From a virus: 57,845 nucleotides of DNA. This document shows positions 15,859 to 24,669 of this stretch, piece after piece. The notes beneath the pieces are model-generated. The model was not told the origin of the DNA, did no database searches, and saw only the letters and a program-made list of their open reading frames with translations. Positions within the stretch are counted from its first letter, which is position 1; every line of letters starts with the position of its first letter. The stretch lies in IMG/VR virus record IMGVR_UViG_3300006353_000001, one strand, 5' to 3'. Both the position numbers and the translations under genes were made by a program.

Positions 15859-17709
15859 ATGACACACTGTCTTGACTTGGAAACCGGCACTGAGGACGGC
15901 GATCTCAGTACTGGATACGCCCTCGAACCCTGGCGGGTCCGCCAGGGCAAAGCATTCATCACCAGCCTCCACGTGTACGGAGACAAGGTGGTGAAGAACG
16001 TCAAACGCCCCACCCGTGATCAGATCATCGAGGTGCTGGAAAGTCTGAAGGGTGAGGAGGTGTACTGTCACTTCGCCCTGTTCGACGTGGGCTGGTTGAT
16101 CGCCTCGATCGAGCCAAATCGACTGGCCCGGTTACACACTGCGATCAAGGGCGTGCGCTGGCGAGACACCGCGTTGCTCGCTAAGTGGTGTGTCAACGGC
16201 CGTCGCGCCGACGATATGCGGATCTCGTTCTCCCTCGTCAACCTCATCAACACCTTCAAGGATAAGATGGGCTATGAGGGTGCGGATGAGTTCATCCGCA
16301 TGAAGCAGAACGAGTCGTTCGACTCCAATGATCAGTACTGGGAGCAGCGTGGTCAACGGGATGCTTTGTGGACCTACAGGCTCGCGAAGTTCTTGGAAGC
16401 GCAGTTGCCGGAGGTGTGCAAGCGTGGGTATGTCATCGAGGCCCGATGCATCCCACAGATCGCCAATTCGTGGTTGATGGGTATGTACGTCAACCCCGAG
16501 GCGTTCAAGAGGGCCGAGGCCCAGATCGAGGTGGATATTGCAAATGGATGCAGAGAACTTGGCCTTTCAGAAAGCGTGCTCGGATCTCCAGCGCAGCTGG
16601 GTAGGGTTGTTTTTGGCGATTGGGGATTTCAACCGATCGCTCGAACGCCTACTGGACAGCCGAAGGCTGATGCCGATACCTGGATTCTTCTCGCTCACGG
16701 CTCCGGTGACGAGCGACTCAAGAAAGTCCTCAAGACCAGACAAGCTCTGACTCTGCGGAGCAAGTACATCAAGACTGTGTACGAGGCACTGAGCCGCACG
16801 GGCGACGGCTTCCTCTACGGCAAGCCCATGATGTTCGGGGCCAGCTCTGGCCGCCTCACCTACTCCAGTGACACAGGCGCCGGACTGAAGGCCTCCATTG
16901 CTCAGCATCAGATACCGCGGAAGGACAAGATCATCCGCGCGTACCTGTCCCCGCCTCCCGGCACCAACGTCTTCGAGACCGACGCCATGGCTCAGGAGTC
17001 TCGGATCATGGGCATATGGTCTGGCGATTCTGAGATCATACGCATCTTCAACGAGGGCATCAACTTCCACAGCCACATGGCGTGCCAGATCTATGGCATG
17101 TCGTACGAGGACTTCCAGCATGACTACGAGGCCGGCAACCCGGTCTACATCGAGCGGAGGCAGATGGGCAAGTTGACCAATCTCTCGTGCAACTTCCGGA
17201 TCGGCGGCAAGAACCTGTCCAAGAAGGCTCTCACCGAATACGACACCTACATGAACGAGATGGAGGGTCGGAAGCTGGTCAACACCTTCAAGCGGGCGTA
17301 CCCCGGGGTGCCAGGGTACTGGGACTCCATCATCGCCTTCGCTGCTCAGTACGGTTACTCGTACACCCTTGCTCAGCGCCGGTACAAGGTGCCGAAGGAT
17401 ATGTTGCAGGGGTCGGACGCGTGGAAGGTCGAGGGCACGATCATCAGCCACCCGATCCAGGGTACCGGCGCTGAGCAGTTCCTCGCCGCGTTGAGTTCTG
17501 TGCCGGACGCTCGTATCCAGACCAATATGCACGACGGCATATTCTGGGTGGTGGACGAGGGTCCAGCCGGCAAGGAGGAGTCGGAGTACATCCTCAATGC
17601 CATGAATCAGACCAATTACCAAAAGCTGTGGGACCTGCCAGATCCTCTGTCGATCCCGCTTCTCTACGAAGGTTCCAAAATCGGGACCTCTTACGCTGAC
17701 GTCAAATAA
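15859..17709 (+). CDS. DNA polymerase, family A, with 3'-5' exonuclease domain
   Basis: 616 aa. Exo I motif LDLETGTED. Polymerase motif A FETDAMAQESRI, motif B RRQMGKLTNLSCNFRIGG, and motif C region QTNMHDGIFW. Confidence 0.9.
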   Translation: MTHCLDLETGTEDGDLSTGYALEPWRVRQGKAFITSLHVYGDKVVKNVKRPTRDQIIEVLESLKGEEVYCHFALFDVGWLIASIEPNRLARLHTAIKGVRWRDTALLAKWCVNGRRADDMRISFSLVNLINTFKDKMGYEGADEFIRMKQNESFDSNDQYWEQRGQRDALWTYRLAKFLEAQLPEVCKRGYVIEARCIPQIANSWLMGMYVNPEAFKRAEAQIEVDIANGCRELGLSESVLGSPAQLGRVVFGDWGFQPIARTPTGQPKADADTWILLAHGSGDERLKKVLKTRQALTLRSKYIKTVYEALSRTGDGFLYGKPMMFGASSGRLTYSSDTGAGLKASIAQHQIPRKDKIIRAYLSPPPGTNVFETDAMAQESRIMGIWSGDSEIIRIFNEGINFHSHMACQIYGMSYEDFQHDYEAGNPVYIERRQMGKLTNLSCNFRIGGKNLSKKALTEYDTYMNEMEGRKLVNTFKRAYPGVPGYWDSIIAFAAQYGYSYTLAQRRYKVPKDMLQGSDAWKVEGTIISHPIQGTGAEQFLAALSSVPDARIQTNMHDGIFWVVDEGPAGKEESEYILNAMNQTNYQKLWDLPDPLSIPLLYEGSKIGTSYADVK

Positions 17710-17718
17710 GGAACTCCA

Positions 17719-18399
17719 ATGATCGCACTCTCCTGGTCCCGCCTCAGCACCTTTCAACAGTGCCCGAGGAAGTTCCATCTCCAATTCATCACGAAGTCGT
17801 TCCGTGAAGAGGAGAAGTCCATCCACCTCGTGAAAGGGGAGGAGCTGCACAAGCAGCTCGAGAACTATGTTTTGGCCAAGAATGGTGCGCAGGCGATGCC
17901 GTTGGGGTTCTCCCCTGAAGTACGTGACGCCCTGCCCTACGTCAACAAGCTCTTTGATCTTTACGATTCTGTGCACCCAGAATCCCAAGTTGCGTGTGAC
18001 ATCAACTGGCGGCCGGCCGAGTGGTTCGGCAAGGACGTGGCGTGGCGTGCGATCATGGACGTCGTGGCACTCCGTCCCCAGACGTGCTTCATCGGGGACT
18101 ACAAGTCGGGCAAGATTTATCCTTACGGCAGTGGTTACGGCCAGCTGCATCTGTCTGCTGCCATTGGTCTTGAGCGCTTTCAAGACGTACCTGAAATCAA
18201 CGCCGCCTACATCTACATCGAGCACAAGAAAGTGACCCCGATCAAGGTCACCCGCTCGGAGCTGCCGGCGGTGCGCGCTCACTTCGACAGGGAGTTCGAG
18301 AAAGTGCAGAACGAGGTCAAGTGGGAGCCGACACCAAACGACAATTGCAAGTACTGTCAGGCCACCAAGGCCCAGTGCCAGTTCTCGAGAAAGCTGTGA
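17719..18399 (+). CDS. PD-(D/E)XK exonuclease, Cas4/RecB-like with Fe-S cysteines
   Basis: 226 aa. N-terminal SWSRLSTFQQCPRKF, core IGDYKSGK, C-terminal CKYCQATKAQC. This is the one-plus-three Cys arrangement typical of Cas4-type nucleases. Confidence 0.7.
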   Translation: MIALSWSRLSTFQQCPRKFHLQFITKSFREEEKSIHLVKGEELHKQLENYVLAKNGAQAMPLGFSPEVRDALPYVNKLFDLYDSVHPESQVACDINWRPAEWFGKDVAWRAIMDVVALRPQTCFIGDYKSGKIYPYGSGYGQLHLSAAIGLERFQDVPEINAAYIYIEHKKVTPIKVTRSELPAVRAHFDREFEKVQNEVKWEPTPNDNCKYCQATKAQCQFSRKL

Positions 18400-18713
18400 C
18401 CCCAGAAGGCAAGGCGAAGTTGAAGATTCGTCAGTGGTACAGGGACAACCTCCCCGGCCATTGGCGGGTCTCCCCACGGGGCGGGCCCTTCGGCAAGCAG
18501 GGCTGTCCCGACGATTTGCTGTGCTGGCAGGGCGTATTCATCGCTATCGAGATCAAGTCCGACACGGGCGACACCTCTGCGATGCAGAATCTTCAGCTAA
18601 AGCAGATAAAGGATGCAGGAGGTGTGGCTGCTGTGGTCAGGGGTTACGATGTGCCACGTCTGAACGCCATCAAACAAGCCGTACTGAGGAAGGTGCATGA
18701 ATTTCACGATTGA
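18396..18713 (+). CDS. VRR-NUC domain nuclease
   Basis: GTG 18396 overlaps the upstream stop (ORF track 18321..18713). Motifs GCPDDLLCWQG..FIAIEIKSDTGDTSAMQNLQ...GGVAAVV fit a PD...E.K VRR-NUC core. Confidence 0.65.
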   Translation: MTPEGKAKLKIRQWYRDNLPGHWRVSPRGGPFGKQGCPDDLLCWQGVFIAIEIKSDTGDTSAMQNLQLKQIKDAGGVAAVVRGYDVPRLNAIKQAVLRKVHEFHD

Positions 18714-20121
18714 GGACTATACTTGGCCCGCCTTCATGGGGCGCAAGCCGTTCTATCACCAGAAACACACAGTGAGGTTCATCCTCGCCAATAAGCGGGC
18801 GTTCATCCTCAATGACATGGGGACGGGCAAGACGCTCTCCACCATCTGGGCCTGTGACATCCTCATCACCGCCAAGAAGATTCGTAGGGTATTGATCATT
18901 GGCCCGTTGTCCACCATGCGATCCGTGTGGTTCAACGAGCTCATGCTGAACACCCCGCACCTGGTTGCCGGGATCGCTCACCACCCGATCCGTCAGAACC
19001 GGATCAACATCATCAAGAACCCGACTGTGCAATTCGTGATCATCAACCACGACGGTATCAAGATCGTCGAGGACGAGATCATTAATCAGCAATTCGACGT
19101 GATCATTATCGACGAGATCACCGCATTCAAGTCCAATTCTGAGCGGACGAAGTGCATGAAGCGAATTGCCGATGCACAGTTCAAGGGCAAGAATCCAAAG
19201 CGTCAGCGAGACGGCGGGGTCTGGGGCATGTCCGGCGCTCTCACGCCTAACGCCCCGACGGAGGCGTATTACCCTGCCAAGATCGTGAATCCGCTGAACC
19301 AGTACCTGCCACAGTACTACGGACAGTTCCGCGACGCGTGCATGACTCAGATCAATGAGATGATGTGGGTGCCGAAGCCCATCGCCGCTCAGATCGTGAC
19401 CATGTGCTGTCAGCCGGCCATCCGATTCACCCGTGAGGAGTGCCTCGACCTGCCGGACACCACGTATCAGACGTTGGAGGTGCCGCTCAGTGCGGAGCAG
19501 GCGACCTACTATGACAAGATGCGCAAGGAGGCGATGATTGAATCAGATTCCGGAACTGTTACTGCGGTTAACAGTGCTGTGCTGCTCAACAAACTTCTAC
19601 AGATCTCTGCCGGTGCAGTCAAGAATGACGTGGGTCAAGTCATTGAGATCGGATGCAAGGAGCGCCTCGATCAGCTATTTGAGATCTATGAAGAGACTCC
19701 ACAGAAGAAGCTCGTCATCTTCGCGACGTATCGCGCTACCATCGAGATGCTCATGCGTGAGCTACAGAAGAAGGGTATCGAGGCGGCATGTATACACGGT
19801 GACGTGGCTCAGAATCTGCGTGCTTCTTACATTGAGCGGTTCCAGTCAGGCACCCTGCAAGTCCTTGTCCTCCAACCCCAATCTACGGCTCACGGCATTA
19901 CGCTCACGGCTGCGTCCACGATTGTTTGGTTTAGCCTTATCGCGAGCAACGAGCTTTTCCAGCAAGGAAATGCCCGCATTGTGCGAGCTGGTCAGACGAG
20001 GAAGACCCTCATCATCATGATGGTGGGTACCAAGGCCGAGAAGCACGTGGCCCGCATCCTCGAAAACAAGGATAACCTGTCTCAAGAGGTGCAGAAGATC
20101 TTCGCTAATCACGATTTATGA
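18697..20121 (+). CDS. SNF2-family (SF2) helicase/translocase
   Basis: 474 aa. Motif I LNDMGTGKT, motif II IIIDEITAFKS, and a helicase-C region with QGNARIVRAGQTRKT. Confidence 0.85.
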   Translation: MNFTIEDYTWPAFMGRKPFYHQKHTVRFILANKRAFILNDMGTGKTLSTIWACDILITAKKIRRVLIIGPLSTMRSVWFNELMLNTPHLVAGIAHHPIRQNRINIIKNPTVQFVIINHDGIKIVEDEIINQQFDVIIIDEITAFKSNSERTKCMKRIADAQFKGKNPKRQRDGGVWGMSGALTPNAPTEAYYPAKIVNPLNQYLPQYYGQFRDACMTQINEMMWVPKPIAAQIVTMCCQPAIRFTREECLDLPDTTYQTLEVPLSAEQATYYDKMRKEAMIESDSGTVTAVNSAVLLNKLLQISAGAVKNDVGQVIEIGCKERLDQLFEIYEETPQKKLVIFATYRATIEMLMRELQKKGIEAACIHGDVAQNLRASYIERFQSGTLQVLVLQPQSTAHGITLTAASTIVWFSLIASNELFQQGNARIVRAGQTRKTLIIMMVGTKAEKHVARILENKDNLSQEVQKIFANHDL

Positions 20122-20159
20122 TCGAAGCATTGTCTGTTTTGATCGTGGCGTGGTATAAT
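20120..20159 (+). promoter_or_regulatory. Promoter P3 (GATCGAA 20120; -35 TGTCTG 20131; -10 TATAAT 20154)
   Basis: 17-nt spacer with family architecture. It is followed by SD GGAGA and ATG 20185. Confidence 0.6.
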
Positions 20160-20184
20160 ATGATATTCAACTTGGAGAATTGAT

Positions 20185-20727
20185 ATGGCAGGTGATTGGA
20201 TCGACCCGAATGAGGAGACTGACGAGGACCTAGAGTACTTCAGTGAGGTGTTGGCCGACTTTGAGCCGACTGGCCGAGAGCCGAAGTTCTTCAAGGTTTC
20301 CGAGCTGGACCTGACTCCGGCTCAGTTGAATGAGATGAAGGTCGACGAGCTGATCAAGACCTACATCGACCTGCGCAATCAGATGGGCACCGACCGCAAG
20401 TGCTACAAGCAGCGCGAGGCCAGGATGAAGTTGCAGATGAGCGTGGTCAGCATGCACCTCCGCAACAAGGGCGACCTCGCCGGCGTGGACAGCTTCAAGA
20501 CGCCTCAGGGCACCGCCTATCGCAAGACCTCCGAGAAGTTCAAGATCCAGGACTGGGCTGCTACGTCTCAGTACGTGTTGCAGACCGGCTACATCCACAT
20601 CCTCCAGAAGCGTGTGTCGCCCAATGCCGTGAAGGAGGTCCGTGACCTAGAGGGATTGCCCCCCGGCATCGAGGTCACCACCGAAGTCGAATTCGCCGTG
20701 CGTTCCCCGACCGCCCGTGCGAAGTGA
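20185..20727 (+). CDS. Coiled-coil protein, possibly Mu Gam-like / Gp157-like DNA-end-binding protein (tentative)
   Basis: 180 aa with an acidic N-terminus and a central helix. The C-terminal pattern TPQGTAYRK...KIQDW...LQTGYIHILQKRVSPNAVKEV...GIEV...EFAV loosely matches my recollection of Gam. Confidence 0.3.
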   Translation: MAGDWIDPNEETDEDLEYFSEVLADFEPTGREPKFFKVSELDLTPAQLNEMKVDELIKTYIDLRNQMGTDRKCYKQREARMKLQMSVVSMHLRNKGDLAGVDSFKTPQGTAYRKTSEKFKIQDWAATSQYVLQTGYIHILQKRVSPNAVKEVRDLEGLPPGIEVTTEVEFAVRSPTARAK

Positions 20728-20763
20728 TCTGTAGTCGGGGCCATTAGACAGGAAGACAATAGT

Positions 20764-21018
20764 ATGGGTACCAAGCAACAGGAGATGAAGGACGGGTGCT
20801 TTGCCAAGGCGGCGCTCGACGAACCTCTGTTCGTGCTGCGTGCACAGGACAAGGCGGCCCCCGCGCTCGTGCGGAAGTGGGCCGATGACTTCAACAAATA
20901 CCACACGAAGCGTGGTACCAAGGGTCGCGAGCTGGCTAAGGCCATCCTCAAGCACACCGAAGCTCTTGAAATCGCGGACGCCATGGATGCATGGCACGCT
21001 CGCAAACAGGCAGACTGA
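20764..21018 (+). CDS. Hypothetical protein (84 aa)
   Basis: ORF track. ATG with nearby purine-rich stretch. Co-directional in the replication module. Confidence 0.5.
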   Translation: MGTKQQEMKDGCFAKAALDEPLFVLRAQDKAAPALVRKWADDFNKYHTKRGTKGRELAKAILKHTEALEIADAMDAWHARKQAD

Positions 21019-21019
21019 C

Positions 21020-21943
21020 ATGACCATCGAACTACCAGAACACCTCCGAACCGGCCCACTGGCCGAAGCAGCCGCTCGAGCGCTCATCGATGCACAGAGC
21101 ATGTCCGCGGCGTCCAACAGCGTGCCGCGGATCAGCCTCCGCGGCCGTGAGTTCCGAATTGTGGAAGGCGGCGAGGAAGTCGCCAAATTCCACGGCGAGC
21201 TCGACGTCATCATCCTCGGCGTCGAGCCCGGCCCGGGCAAGATGATCAAGACTTACTACGAGAAGGGTTATCAGCAGGGTGCCAAGGAGCCGCCCACCTG
21301 CTCGTCGGACGACGGCATTGCCCCGTCGCCGTGGGTCACCAACAAGCAATCGCCTCAGTGCAACGGCTGTCCCAAGAACGTGTTCGGCTCGGCCACAAAT
21401 CCCGCCACCGGCAAGCAGACCAAGGCCTGCCGTGACAGCAAACGGATCTGGGTCAAGCTTGCCGACGGCAACGTGCTGAACGGCAAGCCGTACGAACTGA
21501 AGCCGTTCGCCGAGCGCACGATGTACGGCGTCAACATCACTGTCTCGTCCCTCAAGGCGTTCAGTGAATACGGTAACCTGCTGCAGGGTCTGGGTCAGGG
21601 TCCGGCGGTCTGCGTCACAACCCTCGTGATGGTGGACTCGGAGTTCCCGCAAGTCGAGTTCAAGCTGAAGGCCTGGCTCGACGCACAGACCGCGCCGCTC
21701 TCACTGCAAACCGCCGAGAAGCGTCCATGGAAGGTGTACACCAACGCCGGACTGGCACTGGCGGCTCCGGACGGCGGCGCCCGCGCGGGCCTGCCCACAA
21801 GTCTGCCAGGCGTACCCGCCCACCTCCAACAGAAGACCGTGGAGCCTCAGGGCACTCAGACTGTGCTTGACGCGGCTACGCCGGCTGAACCCAAGCCGGC
21901 GGTGAGCACGAAGGACATCGACGACGCCGTCGGTAACTGGTGA
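21020..21943 (+). CDS. Putative ssDNA-binding protein with internal Cys cluster and acidic C-terminal tail
   Basis: ATG 21020 follows the upstream stop (ORF track 20801..21943). 307 aa. Cys cluster CSSDD...CNGCPKN...ACRD. Pro/Ala-rich linker and acidic end KDIDDAVGNW with a terminal aromatic residue, as in many phage SSBs. Confidence 0.4.
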   Translation: MTIELPEHLRTGPLAEAAARALIDAQSMSAASNSVPRISLRGREFRIVEGGEEVAKFHGELDVIILGVEPGPGKMIKTYYEKGYQQGAKEPPTCSSDDGIAPSPWVTNKQSPQCNGCPKNVFGSATNPATGKQTKACRDSKRIWVKLADGNVLNGKPYELKPFAERTMYGVNITVSSLKAFSEYGNLLQGLGQGPAVCVTTLVMVDSEFPQVEFKLKAWLDAQTAPLSLQTAEKRPWKVYTNAGLALAAPDGGARAGLPTSLPGVPAHLQQKTVEPQGTQTVLDAATPAEPKPAVSTKDIDDAVGNW

Positions 21944-21949
21944 TGTTTC

Positions 21950-22061
21950 GGGGGTCGAGGATATAACCGGTGGATCAGCACCCACCTGCCCTTGCAAAAC
22001 GCCTCGGGCAGTGCGCGGACCGCTCTACGTGGGAACCTCCCGCCGCTAGGCCTCGACCCCC
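21950..22061 (+). promoter_or_regulatory. Structured leader closed by an 11-bp inverted repeat (GGGGGTCGAGG ... CCTCGACCCCC)
   Basis: The arms are at 21950..21960 and 22051..22061 and enclose 90 nt. They occupy nearly the whole gap between the SSB-like gene and the carbamoyltransferase gene. Confidence 0.5.
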
Positions 22062-22079
22062 ACCTATTCTGGAGAATAT

Positions 22080-23687
22080 GTGAAATCTCTTCTGCTGACT
22101 CTCGGCCACAACAGCTCCGCCATCCTGATCGAGGACGGCGAGATCAAGTGGGGTTACGAGACCGAACGAGTGACTGGCCTGAAGTCCGATAGCCAGTTCC
22201 CCTCGCCCGTACTGGACAAGTACCTCATGTCCAAGCCAGACATCGCCTACGTCACGCACTGGGCGCCGGACGGGTTGCTGTCCAGCATGAGCTACAAGCA
22301 TTGGAAGCCCGAATACCTCGAGGACGTGCCGATCCGCACACTCGACGTGATGAAGGGCAGGTCCCACCACGACACTCACATGGCGGCCGCCCGCTGCTAC
22401 GCAGGGCCGAGGTTCCCCATCGACCGCACTTACGGGTTCGTGATCGACGGATTCGGCACGATGGGCGAGCACTTCAGCGTGTACGAGATCACCGCCGAAG
22501 GTCAGCGACTGGTCGAGCGGGTGCATGGCTATGACACTAGCCTTGGCCTGTGGTATCAGTACGCCACGGCGTTCATGAGCCTGAAGATGCATGAGGACGA
22601 GTATAAGCTGCTCGGCTACGAGGCTCACGTCGACCCGATGATGGCGCGCAAGCTGGACGATCACGCTGAGGTCGAAGCTCTGCAATGGATCAGCCGCATG
22701 CACGAGTCCGTGTATGGTAGTAAGTACGATCCGATGTATGATCTGAACGCTCTCGCACACGTGAAAGAGCGCGTGTTCAATCACCTCAGTGAGCTGTGCA
22801 AGCTCTTCGGCATCGACGAGGTGATCTCTGTGCGGTCGAGATCCATCATCTCGTACTACGTGCAGCGGGTGCTCGAGCAGGTTGTCCGTGCGAAGGTCGA
22901 GAAGTGGAGGCCCAGGAACGTGCTGTTGTCGGGTGGGTGCTTCTACAACGTCAAGCTCGGCAAGAACGTGATAGAGATGGTCGATGGTCAGACCTGTGTG
23001 TACCCGCTCGCCGGCGACCAGGGCAATGCCATTGGCCTGTACTTCATGGACCACCCTGAATTTGTGTTCCCGGCCGACCTCAATTGGGGGAAGCGTGAGC
23101 TGAAAGACGTGGGACAGGTCCCCAACATGTACGTGGTGGACGAGGTGGAGGCGGCGAACCTCATCCGCCTGATGCTGAACCACTTCGGCTACGTGAACCT
23201 CGTGCGTGGCGCGATGGAATTCGGCCCCCGTGCTCTGTGCAACACCAGCACCCTTGCTCTGCCGACCAAGGACAACGTCGACATCATCAACTCCGCCAAC
23301 GACCGCAACACCATCATGCCGATGGCGCCGGTCATGACGATGTCTCAGTACAAGAATCTGTACGAAAACACGAAACATTTGTGGCGCTCGTACAAGCACA
23401 TGATCGTGGCCATGGAGCACACGGAGCACCCTCTGCCAGAGCTGGCCGGCGTCACGCACGAATACTTCCACCCCTACCACCACCACACCGGTCGACCGCA
23501 GGTGGTGGAGGACGCTGACAGACTCATGTTCGGGCTGCTCAACCAGTTCGGCCCTCTCATCAACACCTCCTTCAACTATCACGGTATGCCTATCGCGCTG
23601 GGCATGGAGAGCATCATCAAGAATCACATGATGCAGTATCAGCGCCAGAAGAATTTCTCAACTGTGGTGATCAGAAATGACAAGTGA
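22080..23687 (+). CDS. NodU/CmcH/TobZ-type O-carbamoyltransferase (Kae1-like N-domain + YrdC-like C-domain)
   Basis: 535 aa. GTG start 4 nt after SD GGAGA. Motifs LGHNSSAILIEDG, GRSHHDTHMAAA, GGCFYNVKLG, GDQGNAIG, then GAMEFGPRALCNTS, IMPMAPVM and INTSFNYHGMPIA. Confidence 0.85.
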   Translation: MKSLLLTLGHNSSAILIEDGEIKWGYETERVTGLKSDSQFPSPVLDKYLMSKPDIAYVTHWAPDGLLSSMSYKHWKPEYLEDVPIRTLDVMKGRSHHDTHMAAARCYAGPRFPIDRTYGFVIDGFGTMGEHFSVYEITAEGQRLVERVHGYDTSLGLWYQYATAFMSLKMHEDEYKLLGYEAHVDPMMARKLDDHAEVEALQWISRMHESVYGSKYDPMYDLNALAHVKERVFNHLSELCKLFGIDEVISVRSRSIISYYVQRVLEQVVRAKVEKWRPRNVLLSGGCFYNVKLGKNVIEMVDGQTCVYPLAGDQGNAIGLYFMDHPEFVFPADLNWGKRELKDVGQVPNMYVVDEVEAANLIRLMLNHFGYVNLVRGAMEFGPRALCNTSTLALPTKDNVDIINSANDRNTIMPMAPVMTMSQYKNLYENTKHLWRSYKHMIVAMEHTEHPLPELAGVTHEYFHPYHHHTGRPQVVEDADRLMFGLLNQFGPLINTSFNYHGMPIALGMESIIKNHMMQYQRQKNFSTVVIRNDK

Positions 23688-24102
23688 CAACATTCATGTG
23701 CCCGACTTCTCGCAAGACATCGTCGGCAAAATCTTCGACTTCAATGAGCAGGTCATCGGTACCGGCGATGTGGACTTCAACTGCCTCACGCAGAAGCAGT
23801 TCGACTGGACCGTGAAGTTCGTGAAGGAGGAGTTGACGGAATTCTCCGAAGCTTTCGCCGAGCAGAACATGATCAAGATGGTGGACGGGGTCCTCGATCT
23901 GATCTACGGTGCGATGGGCACGCTCAAGAAGATGGGGCTCACCCGTGAGCACGTCTATGCCTGTATGAACGCCATCCACGCCGCCAACATGACCAAGAAG
24001 AAGGGGGTCGTGGCGTCACGTGGCAGTGACGAGGACGCCGCGAAGCCAGTCGACTTCGTGCCGCCGGACGAAGCCATCGGACAGATCCTCTTTCTGGAGT
24101 AA
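23677..24102 (+). CDS. MazG-like all-alpha nucleoside triphosphate pyrophosphohydrolase
   Basis: 141 aa. Motifs EELTEFSEAF...MVDGVLDLIYGAMGTL...IHAANMTKK are typical of phage MazG/PRA-PH-like NTP-PPases. Confidence 0.65.
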   Translation: MTSDNIHVPDFSQDIVGKIFDFNEQVIGTGDVDFNCLTQKQFDWTVKFVKEELTEFSEAFAEQNMIKMVDGVLDLIYGAMGTLKKMGLTREHVYACMNAIHAANMTKKKGVVASRGSDEDAAKPVDFVPPDEAIGQILFLE

Positions 24103-24105
24103 ATC

Positions 24106-24669
24106 ATGAGACTCATCCTCGAGGGACCTGACAACGCCGGCAAGACTACGCTCGCCCGAAAACTGTGCGACGAGTTGGGCGCTGCACTGATCTACTTCCA
24201 CCCGGGCGGCAAGCCCGCCGACCAGGTGGCCGAGTTCGAGTGTATGCAGGAGCAGTTCAACAAGCTCCGCGACAACTCCAACATCCTGATGGATCGGATC
24301 ACTCCGATCAGTCAGCGAATCTACAACCCCGACCCGGTGGCCGACCACTACCGGGCGGAGGCCCTGACCCGGATGATGGTGTTCGCGCCGGTCATCGTGT
24401 ACTGCCGACCCAGCACTGACCTCCTCCTGCGAGTGCAGGACTTCAAGTGGCGGCCGGGGGAGACCGAGGAGCACAAGCAGAAGATCATCGACGGCCAGCA
24501 CACCTTCGTGCTGCGATACGACGATCTGATGCGGAAGATCCCCCACATCGACTACGACTGGGAGCATGAGCTAGCTCCCATGCAGTACACGACCATCCTG
24601 CAAGGACTGATGGGCCGTCGTGACATGGAGGCGAAGCTCCACACGCTCATGAACCTGAGGGGCATGTAA
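24106..24669 (+). CDS. P-loop nucleotide (dNMP/thymidylate-like) kinase
   Basis: 187 aa. The N-terminal MRLILEGPDNAGKTTLARKL matches the thymidylate-kinase-type P-loop context. Substrate unknown. Confidence 0.55.
   Translation: MRLILEGPDNAGKTTLARKLCDELGAALIYFHPGGKPADQVAEFECMQEQFNKLRDNSNILMDRITPISQRIYNPDPVADHYRAEALTRMMVFAPVIVYCRPSTDLLLRVQDFKWRPGETEEHKQKIIDGQHTFVLRYDDLMRKIPHIDYDWEHELAPMQYTTILQGLMGRRDMEAKLHTLMNLRGM

Noticed and set aside
16567-18477. 636-aa ORF on the minus strand
   Set aside because: It lies antisense to the DNA polymerase and Cas4-like genes, which have clear motifs. Its Arg/Gly/Val/Leu-rich, low-complexity translation is typical of shadow ORFs in GC-rich DNA.
21975-23627. 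550-aa ORF on the minus strand
   Set aside because: It is antisense to the carbamoyltransferase gene, whose motifs are unambiguous. It has shadow-ORF composition and no SD or promoter.
24106-24669. Calling the P-loop kinase a 5-hmdU DNA kinase (as in thymidine-hypermodifying phages)
   Set aside because: I saw no pyrophosphorylase, PLP or radical-SAM partner genes, and the hydroxymethylase has the cytosine-type Asp. A nucleotide (dNMP) kinase role is the simpler reading, but this is unresolved without a search.
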